A stretch of 57,402 nt of DNA, from positions 1-57,402 of the IMG/VR virus record IMGVR_UViG_3300033150_001005. One strand, 5' to 3'. This document shows positions 1 to 10,051 of this stretch, one piece after another. The notes below the pieces were generated by a model. The model made no database searches. It was given only the letters and a program-made list of their open reading frames with translations, and was not told the origin of the DNA. The translations under genes were made by a program, and so were the position numbers. Numbering within the stretch: position 1 is the first letter of the stretch; each line of letters opens with the position of its first letter. The DNA comes from a virus (lineage: Duplodnaviria; Caudoviricetes).

Positions 1-114
1 CCACTACCAGGAACTGTGACAGCTAAGACGTGCCAGGTTTCGGTCTCGATAGTCTCGGCAAAATAGCAATAGTTTTCGCTATTGAGATAGATTAGTGGCT
101 TGCTCTGATTACCC
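1..114. repeat. Terminal direct repeat (circular assembly overlap), copy 1
   Basis: 1-114 is identical to 57289-57402, and an ORF reads in frame across the junction. Confidence 0.97.
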
Positions 115-1442
115 CAGTCGTCTGGCGACCTTGCGTAGACCGCCGGGCGCGAATCTGTAGCAGACCAACCAATCACAGGCTCGCCATCTGTAGCATCATG
201 CATCCGTAGTACAGCAATGACGGTAAAAGCACCCGGCTTCAATGCGGACTCACCAGGCAAAGCAACGTAATCATCCACCCCATCAAACGTCGCCCCTTGC
301 ACCAGGTTCTCCTCGGCCGGGTTGGTGTAGGCGGTTGCGGTGGAGCCGGTTTCGAGCTGCACATCCATGAATGTGATCGCGCCGAAAGCGCTGCTGTTCG
401 GATCGCGCAAGCCAAGATCCCAAGCATTGCCGTCGCCAGTGAATGTCGTGCTGTAGCGAGTTGGGGTTGCCGTCACCGTCAGATTGGCCGTGCTGCCGCC
501 CTTCACCCACTGGAGCGATGTGTTTCCGGCGGAGCTGATGGTGGCCGACAGAACGTAGTCCGCGCCATCTGTCGTCGTGAAGCTCTGCACCACCTGCCCA
601 TTCTGTGCCGTTGGCGTGAACGTAGTTGCCGTAGTGCTTGCGTCCGTCGCAGTCCAATTGCTGTCCGTCAAATCCTCCGTGCTCCCCGGTGCCAGGAGGT
701 TCCTGCTGCTCGGCGTCAACTCCGGGTCGTTGGTGTCCTCGTTCTCGCTGGAGCCGCGCGTTGCAGTGTTCCCATTGCCCGACCAGTCATGAAAGGTTTG
801 CTGGGCTTCGGTTTTTTGGTAGAGCGCGGCGCATTCGGCAGCAGTGTAAGTGCCGGGGATGACCATCCAACCGGTAATCTCCAACTGGCGATCTCCCTCA
901 CCACCGTCTTGGTCAAGGAAACCGAAACCGACATCTCCCCCACCAGACCGTCCAGACACGGTGACAGCATACCGAGTAGGGCCGCTCTGGGGCGTCAGCG
1001 GCGTATAATTACCGCTCGCAGAATCGAAGTGACAATAGTAGGGAGTAATCCCTTCACCGAGGCCGTCAAGCACGAAGGAAAGCGTATATTGCTGCCCTTC
1101 CACAGTTGGTATAGGTTGCCTGACCCACGCCCAATCGCCACCCTTAAAGGTTATATGAGTGGCGTCATCCTTGGTCACGTACCAGCTCCACCACTTACTT
1201 TTCGTCAAATCCTCCGACCACAGCAGCAAATTCCGCCCCACCCAAAACCACCGCGCACCGGGCACCAGCGTGGGGTCAGGGCCGAAGGTGTAGAGGGCCT
1301 TTAGGCCGTTCCGCGGCAAGCCGAATGCGAGCCTCGGATCAATCACCGACACCGGCCCGCCAAGATCATTCACGCGCACCACTTGCGCCAGTCCGGCGAC
1401 AAGCGCCAGCGAAGTAAACAAAATTGCAGCAAATTGTTTCAT
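1..1442 (-). CDS. 5' part of a ~604-aa LamG/concanavalin-like and carbohydrate-binding-like protein with a signal peptide; continues across the origin to 56916
   Basis: ATG at 1442 (MKQFAAILFTSLALVAGLAQ...); two RNLL..SEDLT repeats; FDGVDDYV LamG motif; 1442+373 nt = 605 codons in frame; missed by the ORF track. Confidence 0.8.
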   Translation of the reverse strand, partial: MKQFAAILFTSLALVAGLAQVVRVNDLGGPVSVIDPRLAFGLPRNGLKALYTFGPDPTLVPGARWFWVGRNLLLWSEDLTKSKWWSWYVTKDDATHITFKGGDWAWVRQPIPTVEGQQYTLSFVLDGLGEGITPYYCHFDSASGNYTPLTPQSGPTRYAVTVSGRSGGGDVGFGFLDQDGGEGDRQLEITGWMVIPGTYTAAECAALYQKTEAQQTFHDWSGNGNTATRGSSENEDTNDPELTPSSRNLLAPGSTEDLTDSNWTATDASTTATTFTPTAQNGQVVQSFTTTDGADYVLSATISSAGNTSLQWVKGGSTANLTVTATPTRYSTTFTGDGNAWDLGLRDPNSSAFGAITFMDVQLETGSTATAYTNPAEENLVQGATFDGVDDYVALPGESALKPGAFTVIAVLRMHDATDGEPVIGWSATDSRPAVYARSPDDWGNQSKPLIYLNSENYCYFAETIETETWHVLAVTVPGS

Positions 1443-1543
1443 CTCGCAATACCCTCAAGGCAGCCGTGGGGGGAGGTATCCGGCTGAAACGCTCCCGGCG
1501 TTCCCTTACCTCCTAGTATTCGTGTCCAAAAATTCATGTCTCT

Positions 1544-2665
1544 CTATGGTATTGAAGCCAGCGGATACCAGGCGTAGGTGTCACTGGAATTCTTTGCGCA
1601 TACTTCCAGCTTGTCGGCAACTCCTGCGCCGCCCTCTTCACGCCAGATGTAGCCACGAGTACTCGCGCCACAAGTCGGCTTGGTGCCCATGTCGTAGATC
1701 TTAAGGCCGCTGGAATTGACAGCCATAGCATTGCCATTGCTCGGAGCGGTCGTAACCACGAAGTTTGTAGCTGAGTTTCCAGAACGATCAATGATCAAAG
1801 CGTCGCTGCTAGCAGTATAAGCGTCATTCGTCGTCTGGATGTAGAGCTTGCCCCCGTTGGCGTAGATTCGCCAGCGCTTCTCGTCCGTCCCAGCATCCGT
1901 CTCATTTGTGGTGTAAGCGGGTCCCGCGTCTTGAAGCTCGAATCGGAGGCCATAAAAAACACCCACTCCGGGAGTCGTCCCGCCCCGGTCAAAATACAGC
2001 ATCGCCTCCTGGTTGGCGTAGGAGTCATCGAGTAGCCACAGCCGCAACGCCCCCTGATCGGCCACCAGATTCCAGTACTTCTCGTCCGTATCTGCGTTGG
2101 TGTCGTAATACGTGATCCGCGGGACAGTACTGTGGTAGACTGCGTGATCCTGCTCCAAACCAGCGTAACCACTGTCATCAGCCAGTCGAACATCGATAGC
2201 AGTTCCATTACGCTTCAGTGCCGGATAGGACGATGAGGTCCCGCCGAATCGTAGCATTGTCCCGATGTGGGAGGAACCCAGCAACGAGTTTTCAATCGCC
2301 TTCAATTCGTCCTTCAACCCGTTGTGGTGAGCAGCAACGATATAGCCATAAACCGCGGTGCCGTCATCATGGGGAACAGCCGAGGTGCCCCCATAGCCCC
2401 GTGTGCAACCGGAGAAGGTAAAGCCGGCGAAGCTTGCACAGAAAATCTGCTCATCGTCGATCACCACAACCATATTGCTTGCGAAGTTCGAAGCGCCAAC
2501 CACGTCAAACGCAGTCGCTGTATCACTGATAGCCCCATTTAGGGTTGATGAGGCCTTATCCCGGGCAACGAGCAAATCCGCGTCAGTCGCCACACCGCCC
2601 GGGAACACTTGGCTCCATGACAAGCCAGCAAGTAGGCTCAATGCAACGAGTAATCTTGTTCTCAT
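1544..2665 (-). CDS. Tail fibre-like/virion-associated protein with a signal peptide
   Basis: Hydrophobic N-terminus; GCTRGYGGT.A..H..G motif; internal duplication TNADTDEKYW / TDAGTDEKRW; lies downstream of tail genes. Confidence 0.6.
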   Translation of the reverse strand: MRTRLLVALSLLAGLSWSQVFPGGVATDADLLVARDKASSTLNGAISDTATAFDVVGASNFASNMVVVIDDEQIFCASFAGFTFSGCTRGYGGTSAVPHDDGTAVYGYIVAAHHNGLKDELKAIENSLLGSSHIGTMLRFGGTSSSYPALKRNGTAIDVRLADDSGYAGLEQDHAVYHSTVPRITYYDTNADTDEKYWNLVADQGALRLWLLDDSYANQEAMLYFDRGGTTPGVGVFYGLRFELQDAGPAYTTNETDAGTDEKRWRIYANGGKLYIQTTNDAYTASSDALIIDRSGNSATNFVVTTAPSNGNAMAVNSSGLKIYDMGTKPTCGASTRGYIWREEGGAGVADKLEVCAKNSSDTYAWYPLASIP

Positions 2666-2871
2666 GTGGCATCCTCCTCAGTATGTTCGCATCGCAAGCC
2701 TGAACCACCCGGAAGCAATTGAATATTGCCGCGCATGCCCTGCTGTCGCGCAATCAGCAGCAACGCGTTATTCAGCATCTGCTGTGCTTGGGCCACCGCA
2801 ACGCGCAGCTCGTTGATGTGCTGCTTCTCGGCGTCAGTGAATTGGTATTGATTTACCTTCGATTCACTCAT
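2662..2871 (-). CDS. Small coiled-coil protein (possible fibre chaperone)
   Basis: ORF overlaps both neighbours; likely start MSESKV. Confidence 0.5.
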   Translation of the reverse strand: MSESKVNQYQFTDAEKQHINELRVAVAQAQQMLNNALLLIARQQGMRGNIQLLPGGSGLRCEHTEEDAT

Positions 2872-3412
2872 TGGCATCCTCCGTAGGCGCAGCAACCCAT
2901 TGAAATTCAATCGTCCAAGTAGTCTCGATATGCACGAGTTGGCCGGTTTCATTCAGCCAAACCGCGTGCTTGAATTTCAAACAGTTGTCCGGCCCAACCA
3001 ATACGCCCCGTTTGAAGCGCCGGTCGAATTCGGTTGTGTGCGCCCGAAGCCCGTCCACTCCAAGCTGCCGGTACAAAATCACGTCCTCCGTGCAATAGTC
3101 ACAGGGTGCCCAAGGGTTTTTGCCACCCCATAGCGTTCGGTGAATCCCTACGAGGACGCCAGCCTTGCCGTAGCTCCAGTTGCGCGTCCAGGCCAGGAGA
3201 TCACCGCTGATTGACAGCAGTTTGACGGCGCAGCCGTCGGGCGGATGAAAGCGAAGCTCGTGATACGCCACGCCAGCCGTGCCCCAGGTTCCAGGACGCG
3301 TATCCGGCGTGCCGATCAGATCATCGGCGAAGTTGCCACTGACAACACGGATCTCCGAAGGGCACTCTCCGAACAGCGTGCTTGCAAGAACAAGAATCAG
3401 AATCAATCTCAT
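2864..3412 (-). CDS. Hypothetical exported protein
   Basis: Signal-like N-terminus MRLILILVLASTLFG; ATGA coupling to the upstream gene. Confidence 0.6.
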   Translation of the reverse strand: MRLILILVLASTLFGECPSEIRVVSGNFADDLIGTPDTRPGTWGTAGVAYHELRFHPPDGCAVKLLSISGDLLAWTRNWSYGKAGVLVGIHRTLWGGKNPWAPCDYCTEDVILYRQLGVDGLRAHTTEFDRRFKRGVLVGPDNCLKFKHAVWLNETGQLVHIETTWTIEFQWVAAPTEDANE

Positions 3413-5583
3413 GCAATGCTCGTGATGATGCCGCCCCGGACCGTAACCGTCTTACCGTCGTTGGTGGTAAAGGTGGTCGGCCCCGTGACACCGTAGTACC
3501 AACCGCTTTGGTAGATGTTGAACCCGGAGCCACCAATGCCGGAGCTTGGGCAGGCTACCCCTCCGCCGACGAATTGTTTGGAGGAGTTGATGACTTCAGT
3601 TCCGTTTACCTTGAAACCAGAGGCCCCATCGACGACTCCAGATGTATCCACTCCACCTTGACCGATAAACTTTGCCGAGGAATCAATAGCCTGATAGGCA
3701 CCCCCAGATCCTACGTAGATTCCCGTATAACCAGTGACTGCCGAATAGGACGTAAGAGAGTTTGCAGTCAAGTTCCCACTGCTGTCAATTGAGAAGTTCG
3801 TTCCCTGAAACTGGTCTCCAGTGATTATTCCTCCAGTTATGGACCCGGACCCCGCGTCAATCGCCGAAGGCCAAAGTTTGGCTGCATTGTCTATCACCTT
3901 AGTTGAACCAATGTAGAACCCCAATCCTCCAGAAGATACACGAACGTACGAGGAAACGTCAATATAGTTGGGGAACGAAACAGCACCAGTTATGCTTCCA
4001 CCGTCAAGTTCAATCGTCGCACCGGCCATCGACAGTTTGCGGCTGGCGGAAATCGTCACATCTCCTCCAGTTACAGACAACCCGCCAGCGGCGGTAATGC
4101 TCAAACCTCCGGCACTGGAAATCGTAAACGTGCCGGTACCACTATAGGTAATCCCGGCGTCGATGTTTACCGACTCACCACTGAACACCAAATTACTAAC
4201 GTGTATGGTACCGATGTGGCTGTCGTTGATGACTACGCTGGTAACTTGGCCGAAGGTAATCGTATTGATCTGGTTGGCCTGGATTAGACCGGTGATCTGT
4301 CCGGCAGTTATGGAGTCAATCTGCCCGGCTGTGATCTGGCCCGTGATCGACGAAGCGTTCACTGAACTGATGTCGTTGGCCGTGATGTTGATTGGATCTG
4401 TCGTACGGTCCAGCTTCGCGTCGCCAACCGAGTTGTTAGACGGAATTGCGATAGGGGCGGTTCCTGCATCGTGGGCTAGATCAATGAGTTTGCGGAGCGT
4501 CGCTATTTCATTCGGGCGATAATCCCCAAATTCAATCTCATAAAGCGTGCGGGATGCAGTCTCCCACGTCATCCGCATACGCAGAATTCGGTAATCGCCG
4601 CTCGCATCAAGCGATGGGGCCTCAAGTGTCAATAATTCGTCCACGTGCAGCCCGTCGTAGATGAAGGCCAACGAGCCGTGCCCGGATGGATACGCATCCC
4701 GCAGGACCTCGGTCTTCGCGCGTAATTGCGCCTCCGCGCTTGACTGGACAGAGCGATCAACGATTACGCGTTTGAACGTACGGCCGTACTCTGCCTGAGA
4801 AGCCGTATCTTGATAGGTCCCGCTCACTGGCGTTGAACCATCGCCGAGCACGCCGACAACAGTGCAGTGATTACAGGGAGAGTGGAAATCCTTCGTGAAG
4901 GTAAAGCTATCCCGGCGAAAAGGAAAGCTTGTGGCGTAGTTCGGCGATTCGGATAGCGAAAAAGCTGCCGGCTTTGCCGTCCTTGAATGATAGTGCAGGA
5001 TCTTGTCAGCATCCAACCACCATTCAGCGGCCGCTTCGCTCGCAATTGATTCGAGCGCTTGACGGAGATTCTGATGTTCAATGTCGATTGAAATCGAGGC
5101 AACGGCCTCCACGCCGGCCGTTGATACTTCCGGGAGGTATGTATCAATTAGCGCCTTGACGATCACATCATCAGACGTATTCGAATAGGAGGCCGACGAA
5201 ATGCACGCGGTCTCCAAGAGGATGCCGTAACCTCGGGCGGTAATGTGCCAAGCGGTAATTTTGTCAGCCTCGACGCGTATGGGTTCTGGCTCGATGGATG
5301 TGACATATCCACCGAATTGAGTTTCTCCCCTCTCCGATATCGCGCCGCCAAAGACAGCTTCGCCGAACAGTGTGGCTCCCGGCGTTGCACCGGGGGCCGG
5401 AGGTTGGCTCTCATAAACGTTTACCTCATCCCAAAGCGAAGCCGGCACACCCGATTCCGGATCAGACAAGATTGTCAGATTGCAGACAGAGGCATGATTC
5501 TGTTGGTCATGCTCTATGGAAAAATCCGCGATCCGGACAGATGAGGTAACATCCTCCCCGGCAATTGTGACTATGGGCGTCAT
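3409..5583 (-). CDS. Tail tip/baseplate hub protein with a fibre-like C-terminus
   Basis: Directly follows the tape measure gene; hub-like N-half (DTASQAEYG); ITAGQI repeats; C-terminal TVTVRGGIIT. Confidence 0.75.
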   Translation of the reverse strand: MTPIVTIAGEDVTSSVRIADFSIEHDQQNHASVCNLTILSDPESGVPASLWDEVNVYESQPPAPGATPGATLFGEAVFGGAISERGETQFGGYVTSIEPEPIRVEADKITAWHITARGYGILLETACISSASYSNTSDDVIVKALIDTYLPEVSTAGVEAVASISIDIEHQNLRQALESIASEAAAEWWLDADKILHYHSRTAKPAAFSLSESPNYATSFPFRRDSFTFTKDFHSPCNHCTVVGVLGDGSTPVSGTYQDTASQAEYGRTFKRVIVDRSVQSSAEAQLRAKTEVLRDAYPSGHGSLAFIYDGLHVDELLTLEAPSLDASGDYRILRMRMTWETASRTLYEIEFGDYRPNEIATLRKLIDLAHDAGTAPIAIPSNNSVGDAKLDRTTDPINITANDISSVNASSITGQITAGQIDSITAGQITGLIQANQINTITFGQVTSVVINDSHIGTIHVSNLVFSGESVNIDAGITYSGTGTFTISSAGGLSITAAGGLSVTGGDVTISASRKLSMAGATIELDGGSITGAVSFPNYIDVSSYVRVSSGGLGFYIGSTKVIDNAAKLWPSAIDAGSGSITGGIITGDQFQGTNFSIDSSGNLTANSLTSYSAVTGYTGIYVGSGGAYQAIDSSAKFIGQGGVDTSGVVDGASGFKVNGTEVINSSKQFVGGGVACPSSGIGGSGFNIYQSGWYYGVTGPTTFTTNDGKTVTVRGGIITSIA

Positions 5584-8500
5584 CGTCCAAACGCTACCCC
5601 GACGTGCCGAAGCTCCGTCGCAATTTTGTTGGCAACGTCAATGTTGCCGCCGTTGACATTGATTGTGATGTTTTGCAACCGGTTGTTGATCGATTGCACC
5701 GGGGTCAAAATGTCATTCAGCTTACCCTTGATATCCCAGAGCGTGGACTTCATGTTGTCGGTGTTCGGCACGAGGTAGCCGTTCGGCCCCAGGCTGTCGC
5801 GGATCTGCCAGAGCGTCGTCTTGATGTTGTCCGTGTTTCCGACCACGTAGCCGACCTGCTCCAACGTCTTCAGGCTGGCGGTCATGATTCCGCCATCGGC
5901 CCTGTCGCCGAGATACTGAGTGCCGCGACGCGTGTTTTCCTCGATTGCGTTGAGCGTGTTTTCGCGCCGTGCGCCTTGGAGCAGGCCAACAACACCGGTT
6001 GCAGCGCTGATACCGCCAAAGATGGTACCCAGCACTCCGGACGCGCCGCCGCCCACCGCACCACCTCCGCCGGTTGCGGCACCACCTGCACCCGCAGCAC
6101 CAGCCGCTGCGCCGCCCCCGCCGCCAAACACGCGGCCAAGGGCTTTGCCGATCGAGTTGATTGCGCTCAGGAGGCCGCCGTCGCCAGTGAGCTTGTCAAT
6201 CAGCCCTTGGAAGATACTTTCCAGGCCGGCTCTCGCCAGCGCTTCCCCCATGTCGAGCAGCATCCCAGAGAAAGCATCCTTGACTCGGTTGAAGATGGAC
6301 TGCCCCTTCTTATCCTTGTCGATCTGGTCTAGTTTGTCGCTGACGTCATCAACGAAAGCCTCCCACTTGCCGCGCTCTTCATCCAGAGCGGCTTGCAAGT
6401 CTGCCGTTTGCTGATCGAGCTTTTCTTTCGCGGCAGTTTTGAGGTTCTCTAATTCAGTTGCAGCATCCTGCTGATATTGCTGCCAGTCCGCCGTGGAATC
6501 TTGCAGCTTCTTCGCGGTCTCTGCCTTGAAGGACTCCAGCGCTGCTTCGCGCTGCGCCAGGCTATCCTTCAGGTCTGTGATTTGCTGGTCGAGTTGCTGG
6601 GCGGCCGAGGCGGTGATCTCTTCTTGCTTGGTCTTGTTCTCTTCAACGTACTCCTCATAGTCGCGCTTCCGCCGCTCCATCGACTTTGCGATGTCGGCCT
6701 CAATGTCATGGAGGCGGCGGTTGTGGTCCCGGACAAACTCAGCGAGGTCTTCCGTTTTCCGCTGGATGTACCGCTCGTGATCCTCGGTCCGCCGCTCGAT
6801 GCTCAGCCGGAGATCACGGACCTCCTGCGAATTGGCGTCCTTGCCCTTTTGGAGCAGCCGCCGGATCTGCCGCTCTTTATCCTCGACGTAGCGCTTATAG
6901 CGCCGCTCCTCATCATCCAAGGAACGCTGGATGTCTCGCTTCTTGTCGCGGATGGCCTCCTTGTTGTCACGAACCGCCCGCTTCAGCCGCGTCTTGTCAT
7001 CCTGCATCGCATCGCGGTAGCGCTCCGTCGCATCCCGCAACTGCTCGCGCAGATCGCCCAATCGCTTGGCAAGCTCCTCCTTGTTTTTCTCCGTGATCTC
7101 TTCGATTTTAGTGAAGACTTCGGCTTTATACTCCTCGAAGTCTGCGGCCTTCTGAATGAGGCTATCCCGGAGGTTCCGTTGGTCCTCCTCGTACTGTTGC
7201 CGACGCGATTCGAGCGATTCAGCATACCTGCGCTCAGCCTCCGCAATGGAATCCTGATAATCCTGCTGCGCCTGTTGGAGCCGGTCGGCGATATCTTGCT
7301 GATACTTCTCCCACTCACTCCGCCGCTGTTCGAGCGATTGACGAAGCTCCGCCTCTTGCTGCCTCAGACTCTCAAGTTGCCGAGAATCGAAGATTGAGAA
7401 AAAGCGGTCAGTGATGTTCTTGCCAAGGTCGGTCAGGATGGTTGATACCTGACGGCCGAAGCTGCCCCATTCCTCCCTTGACTTCTGCGCAGCCTGCCCA
7501 AGCGCCTCCCCAGCCTTCCGGGCGGCCTCCGGCAGTTCCACATCAAAGCCTTCCAAGAGCGGCGGCACGCTGTCCTGAGAAAGCGCGTCAATCTCTTTCC
7601 GAACTCTCTCCGCCTCTTCCGCGATCGCCCCGCTTTCCCACGCGCGATTCCAATCTTCCGTTGCTTTGCGCGCCGCCTCCAAGGCTTGCTTCGCCGCCTG
7701 CATATCGCGTTCCCACTCGGCGTATGCCGGGTCGAAGTCGCGGATAGCGTAGCCATGCTCTTCGAGTGCTTCGTTCTGCTTTTCGAGTTTGGCGGTTAAC
7801 GCGGCTGTCGTCTGCGCCAGTTCCTTCTTGGCTTTCTCTTGCGCTAACGCAGCATCCCTAGCTGCCCATGCTTTTGCCGCCTCGGCCTCCATCGCGGCGT
7901 CTGCTTTACGCGCTACCTCATCAGCACGCCTGCGGTGCTCATCGATCACCGTGTCCATGTCAAGAAAGGACTTCTTGACCGCATAGGCCGCCGCCACGAC
8001 CCCAACCCCGAGAAGCGCAATCAGACCCACCGGACCGGTCAGGACTCCAATCAGTCCGGTTACCGCCAGCTTGGTTCCAGCCAAGACAGCAGGCAGCGTG
8101 GCCATGGCAACGCGCATACCAGCAAACATGTGGATTGCCTTGCCGCCCGCCAGGGTCAGCGGAGCCAGCGCGGCAGTAAAAGCGCCAATTCCAACAATCG
8201 CCTTTTGGGTCGTGGGGGACAGCTCAGCAAACCAATTGGCGAGATCTCCGAGGCGATCCAGTAGCGGACGGAGCGCATCCAGCGCATCACTGAGTGCTGG
8301 CGCGAGCGCATCACCGAATTTCTGCGCCAGAACCTCAGCCTTGGCCGCCACTTGCTTCATCGTGAAGCCTGCCTTATTGATGCCGTTCGTCTGCTCCTCA
8401 AATGCTGCCTGAGTTGCACCCGCGGCATCATTCATTGCGGCGAGTTTGCTGTTGAAGGTATCGGCTTGATTGCCCGTGAGAGCGAAAACCGCGTTAAGAG

Positions 8501-9395
8501 CCTCAGCGCGCCCGAACAGCTTGCCCACCGATTCCACGGTTCCATCGGTGGTACCGATCAGCGCAGTCAGGGCCTTTTGCATCCCGAGCTGCTGGACCAT
8601 CGTCTCCGCACTGTCATAGCCAAGCTGCGCCACGGCCTTTGACATGTCCGTGGTCGGCTTCATCATCGCGCGAAGCACGGCGGCAAGCTGCGTGCTCACT
8701 TCGGCTGTGTCGCCCGTCACGCCGGTCAGGGTGGCGAATCCGGCGAATAGCTCCTGCTGGGAGACGTGCAGCTTCGCTGCGATGGGAACGACGCGACCAA
8801 TTGCGGCGGACAATTCAGGAAAAGTCGTTTGTCCCAAGCGCACCGTTTGAAATGCTAGGTCGGAAGCCTGCTGTGCAGCCTCGGCAGAAGTGTCGCCGTA
8901 GCCCTTCATCACCGCTGACAGCAAATTGACTGCGTCGGTCGTCGTGGAGAGTCCCGCCGCAGACGCCACAGCGGCCGTTTGGAGGATTTGCGCCGAGTCA
9001 GCCGAATCACCGAATGCGGAGACGACCTGATATAGCCCCGCAGCCAATTCGCCCGTGCGCTTACCGACATCCACCGCCATATCCTGCACGGCGGATTTCA
9101 GCTCCTGGACCCGCTGAGTATTCCCGGGGATCAGGGTGGCGACATTCGCCATTGATTCATTGAAGTCGGTGGCGAACTTAACTGCGGCGGCCCCGGCCCC
9201 CGCAAGCGGAACAGTCAGCCCAACCGTCAGACTCTTGCCGACATTCGCCAATGTGCCACCAAGCCGGTTAAATCCGCTGACACTTCGATTGGCGTTGGTG
9301 AGGGCTTTGTTGAGTTGAGTGTTTGCTTTGGCTAGGCCCTGCTCGAAGTTCTTGGCATCGAGACCGAGCTTGACAAGCAAGGACGAAAGGATCAT
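5580..9395 (-). CDS. Tail tape measure protein (TP901-like core)
   Basis: 1271 aa; GKSLTVGLTVPLAGAG, FQTVRLGQTTFPEL; long coiled coil. Confidence 0.95.
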   Translation of the reverse strand: MILSSLLVKLGLDAKNFEQGLAKANTQLNKALTNANRSVSGFNRLGGTLANVGKSLTVGLTVPLAGAGAAAVKFATDFNESMANVATLIPGNTQRVQELKSAVQDMAVDVGKRTGELAAGLYQVVSAFGDSADSAQILQTAAVASAAGLSTTTDAVNLLSAVMKGYGDTSAEAAQQASDLAFQTVRLGQTTFPELSAAIGRVVPIAAKLHVSQQELFAGFATLTGVTGDTAEVSTQLAAVLRAMMKPTTDMSKAVAQLGYDSAETMVQQLGMQKALTALIGTTDGTVESVGKLFGRAEALNAVFALTGNQADTFNSKLAAMNDAAGATQAAFEEQTNGINKAGFTMKQVAAKAEVLAQKFGDALAPALSDALDALRPLLDRLGDLANWFAELSPTTQKAIVGIGAFTAALAPLTLAGGKAIHMFAGMRVAMATLPAVLAGTKLAVTGLIGVLTGPVGLIALLGVGVVAAAYAVKKSFLDMDTVIDEHRRRADEVARKADAAMEAEAAKAWAARDAALAQEKAKKELAQTTAALTAKLEKQNEALEEHGYAIRDFDPAYAEWERDMQAAKQALEAARKATEDWNRAWESGAIAEEAERVRKEIDALSQDSVPPLLEGFDVELPEAARKAGEALGQAAQKSREEWGSFGRQVSTILTDLGKNITDRFFSIFDSRQLESLRQQEAELRQSLEQRRSEWEKYQQDIADRLQQAQQDYQDSIAEAERRYAESLESRRQQYEEDQRNLRDSLIQKAADFEEYKAEVFTKIEEITEKNKEELAKRLGDLREQLRDATERYRDAMQDDKTRLKRAVRDNKEAIRDKKRDIQRSLDDEERRYKRYVEDKERQIRRLLQKGKDANSQEVRDLRLSIERRTEDHERYIQRKTEDLAEFVRDHNRRLHDIEADIAKSMERRKRDYEEYVEENKTKQEEITASAAQQLDQQITDLKDSLAQREAALESFKAETAKKLQDSTADWQQYQQDAATELENLKTAAKEKLDQQTADLQAALDEERGKWEAFVDDVSDKLDQIDKDKKGQSIFNRVKDAFSGMLLDMGEALARAGLESIFQGLIDKLTGDGGLLSAINSIGKALGRVFGGGGGAAAGAAGAGGAATGGGGAVGGGASGVLGTIFGGISAATGVVGLLQGARRENTLNAIEENTRRGTQYLGDRADGGIMTASLKTLEQVGYVVGNTDNIKTTLWQIRDSLGPNGYLVPNTDNMKSTLWDIKGKLNDILTPVQSINNRLQNITINVNGGNIDVANKIATELRHVGVAFGR

Positions 9396-9398
9396 TTA

Positions 9399-9672
9399 TT
9401 AGTCCTTCAAAAGCAGGAAGTCTTTGAGTTTCTTCCTGGATTTGCGCTTGGCAGGAATGCTGGCGTAGATCCAGCTACAAATGTGTGCAGTGAGGGCATC
9501 CAGAAAGCCGTACTCCTCGCGCCGGGCACGATGCAGCGCGCCCAGTTCGCGCGGCGTGAGCGACCAGAATTCATCCGGGTCCTTTAACCCGAGTGAAATG
9601 CGCGCCGTGGCCCACAGGCTCAGCCAATCTGTTCGACCGGCTGAGCCTCGGGAGGGCGGGCATCCGCTTTGT
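9399..9672 (-). CDS. Tail assembly chaperone C-terminal extension (gpT-like, -1 frame)
   Basis: -1 frame overlapping the chaperone end reads DWLSLWATARISLGLKDPDEFWSLTPREL...; no start codon of its own. Confidence 0.7.
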
Positions 9673-10042
9673 CGTCAGCAGCCTCGGCACTGGCCCCAAT
9701 GATCGTGCCGAAGATCTCACCCAGCTTCTCCACGGTAAGCATTCCGGCGACATCTTCAAGCGTCAGATCATCATCGGGAATCCAGCGCCACGGCTTCTCG
9801 TCATCGTAGCGGCCTAGCGCGCACCAGACGAGGGCGGCAACATGGCGCGGCGAGATCCTGGAGAGCACATCCCCCACAAGATCAACGTCGGCCCCCTGCT
9901 TCATGAAGGACAACAGGGGCTTCAAGGCCGCAACCATGTTGACGCCCGTGGCTTCCTCAAACCGGAATTGCGCCAGCAGGTTATATTGAAGCTGGCGCTT
10001 CCGGTCCAGTTCTACTTCAAAGGTTCTTGCGGTAGGTCTCAT
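9620..10042 (-). CDS. Tail assembly chaperone (gpG-like)
   Basis: Position between tail tube and tape measure genes; size. Confidence 0.8.
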   Translation of the reverse strand: MRPTARTFEVELDRKRQLQYNLLAQFRFEEATGVNMVAALKPLLSFMKQGADVDLVGDVLSRISPRHVAALVWCALGRYDDEKPWRWIPDDDLTLEDVAGMLTVEKLGEIFGTIIGASAEAADDKADARPPEAQPVEQIG

Positions 10043-10051
10043 CGGTCCTCA

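Noticed and set aside
1-114. Biological terminal repeat of the virion DNA
   Set aside because: It falls mid-gene and the packaging genes are HK97/cos-like, so it is best explained as assembly overlap
1110-1121. Self-targeting: tataggttgcct (12 nt) matches a predicted target; also tacatcaagcc at 15332 and tacatcaag at 48831
   Set aside because: Only 9-12 of 18 nt match and most of spacer B does not. This is near chance for this genome size given several guides. My search was by eye and not exhaustive.
297-1304. 335-aa + strand ORF and other long antisense ORFs (e.g. 6477-7397, 19794-20933)
   Set aside because: Shadows of real - strand genes in GC-rich DNA; no motifs
1-5583. Diversity-generating retroelement acting on tail/LamG genes
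   Set aside because: No reverse transcriptase and no TR/VR pair seen
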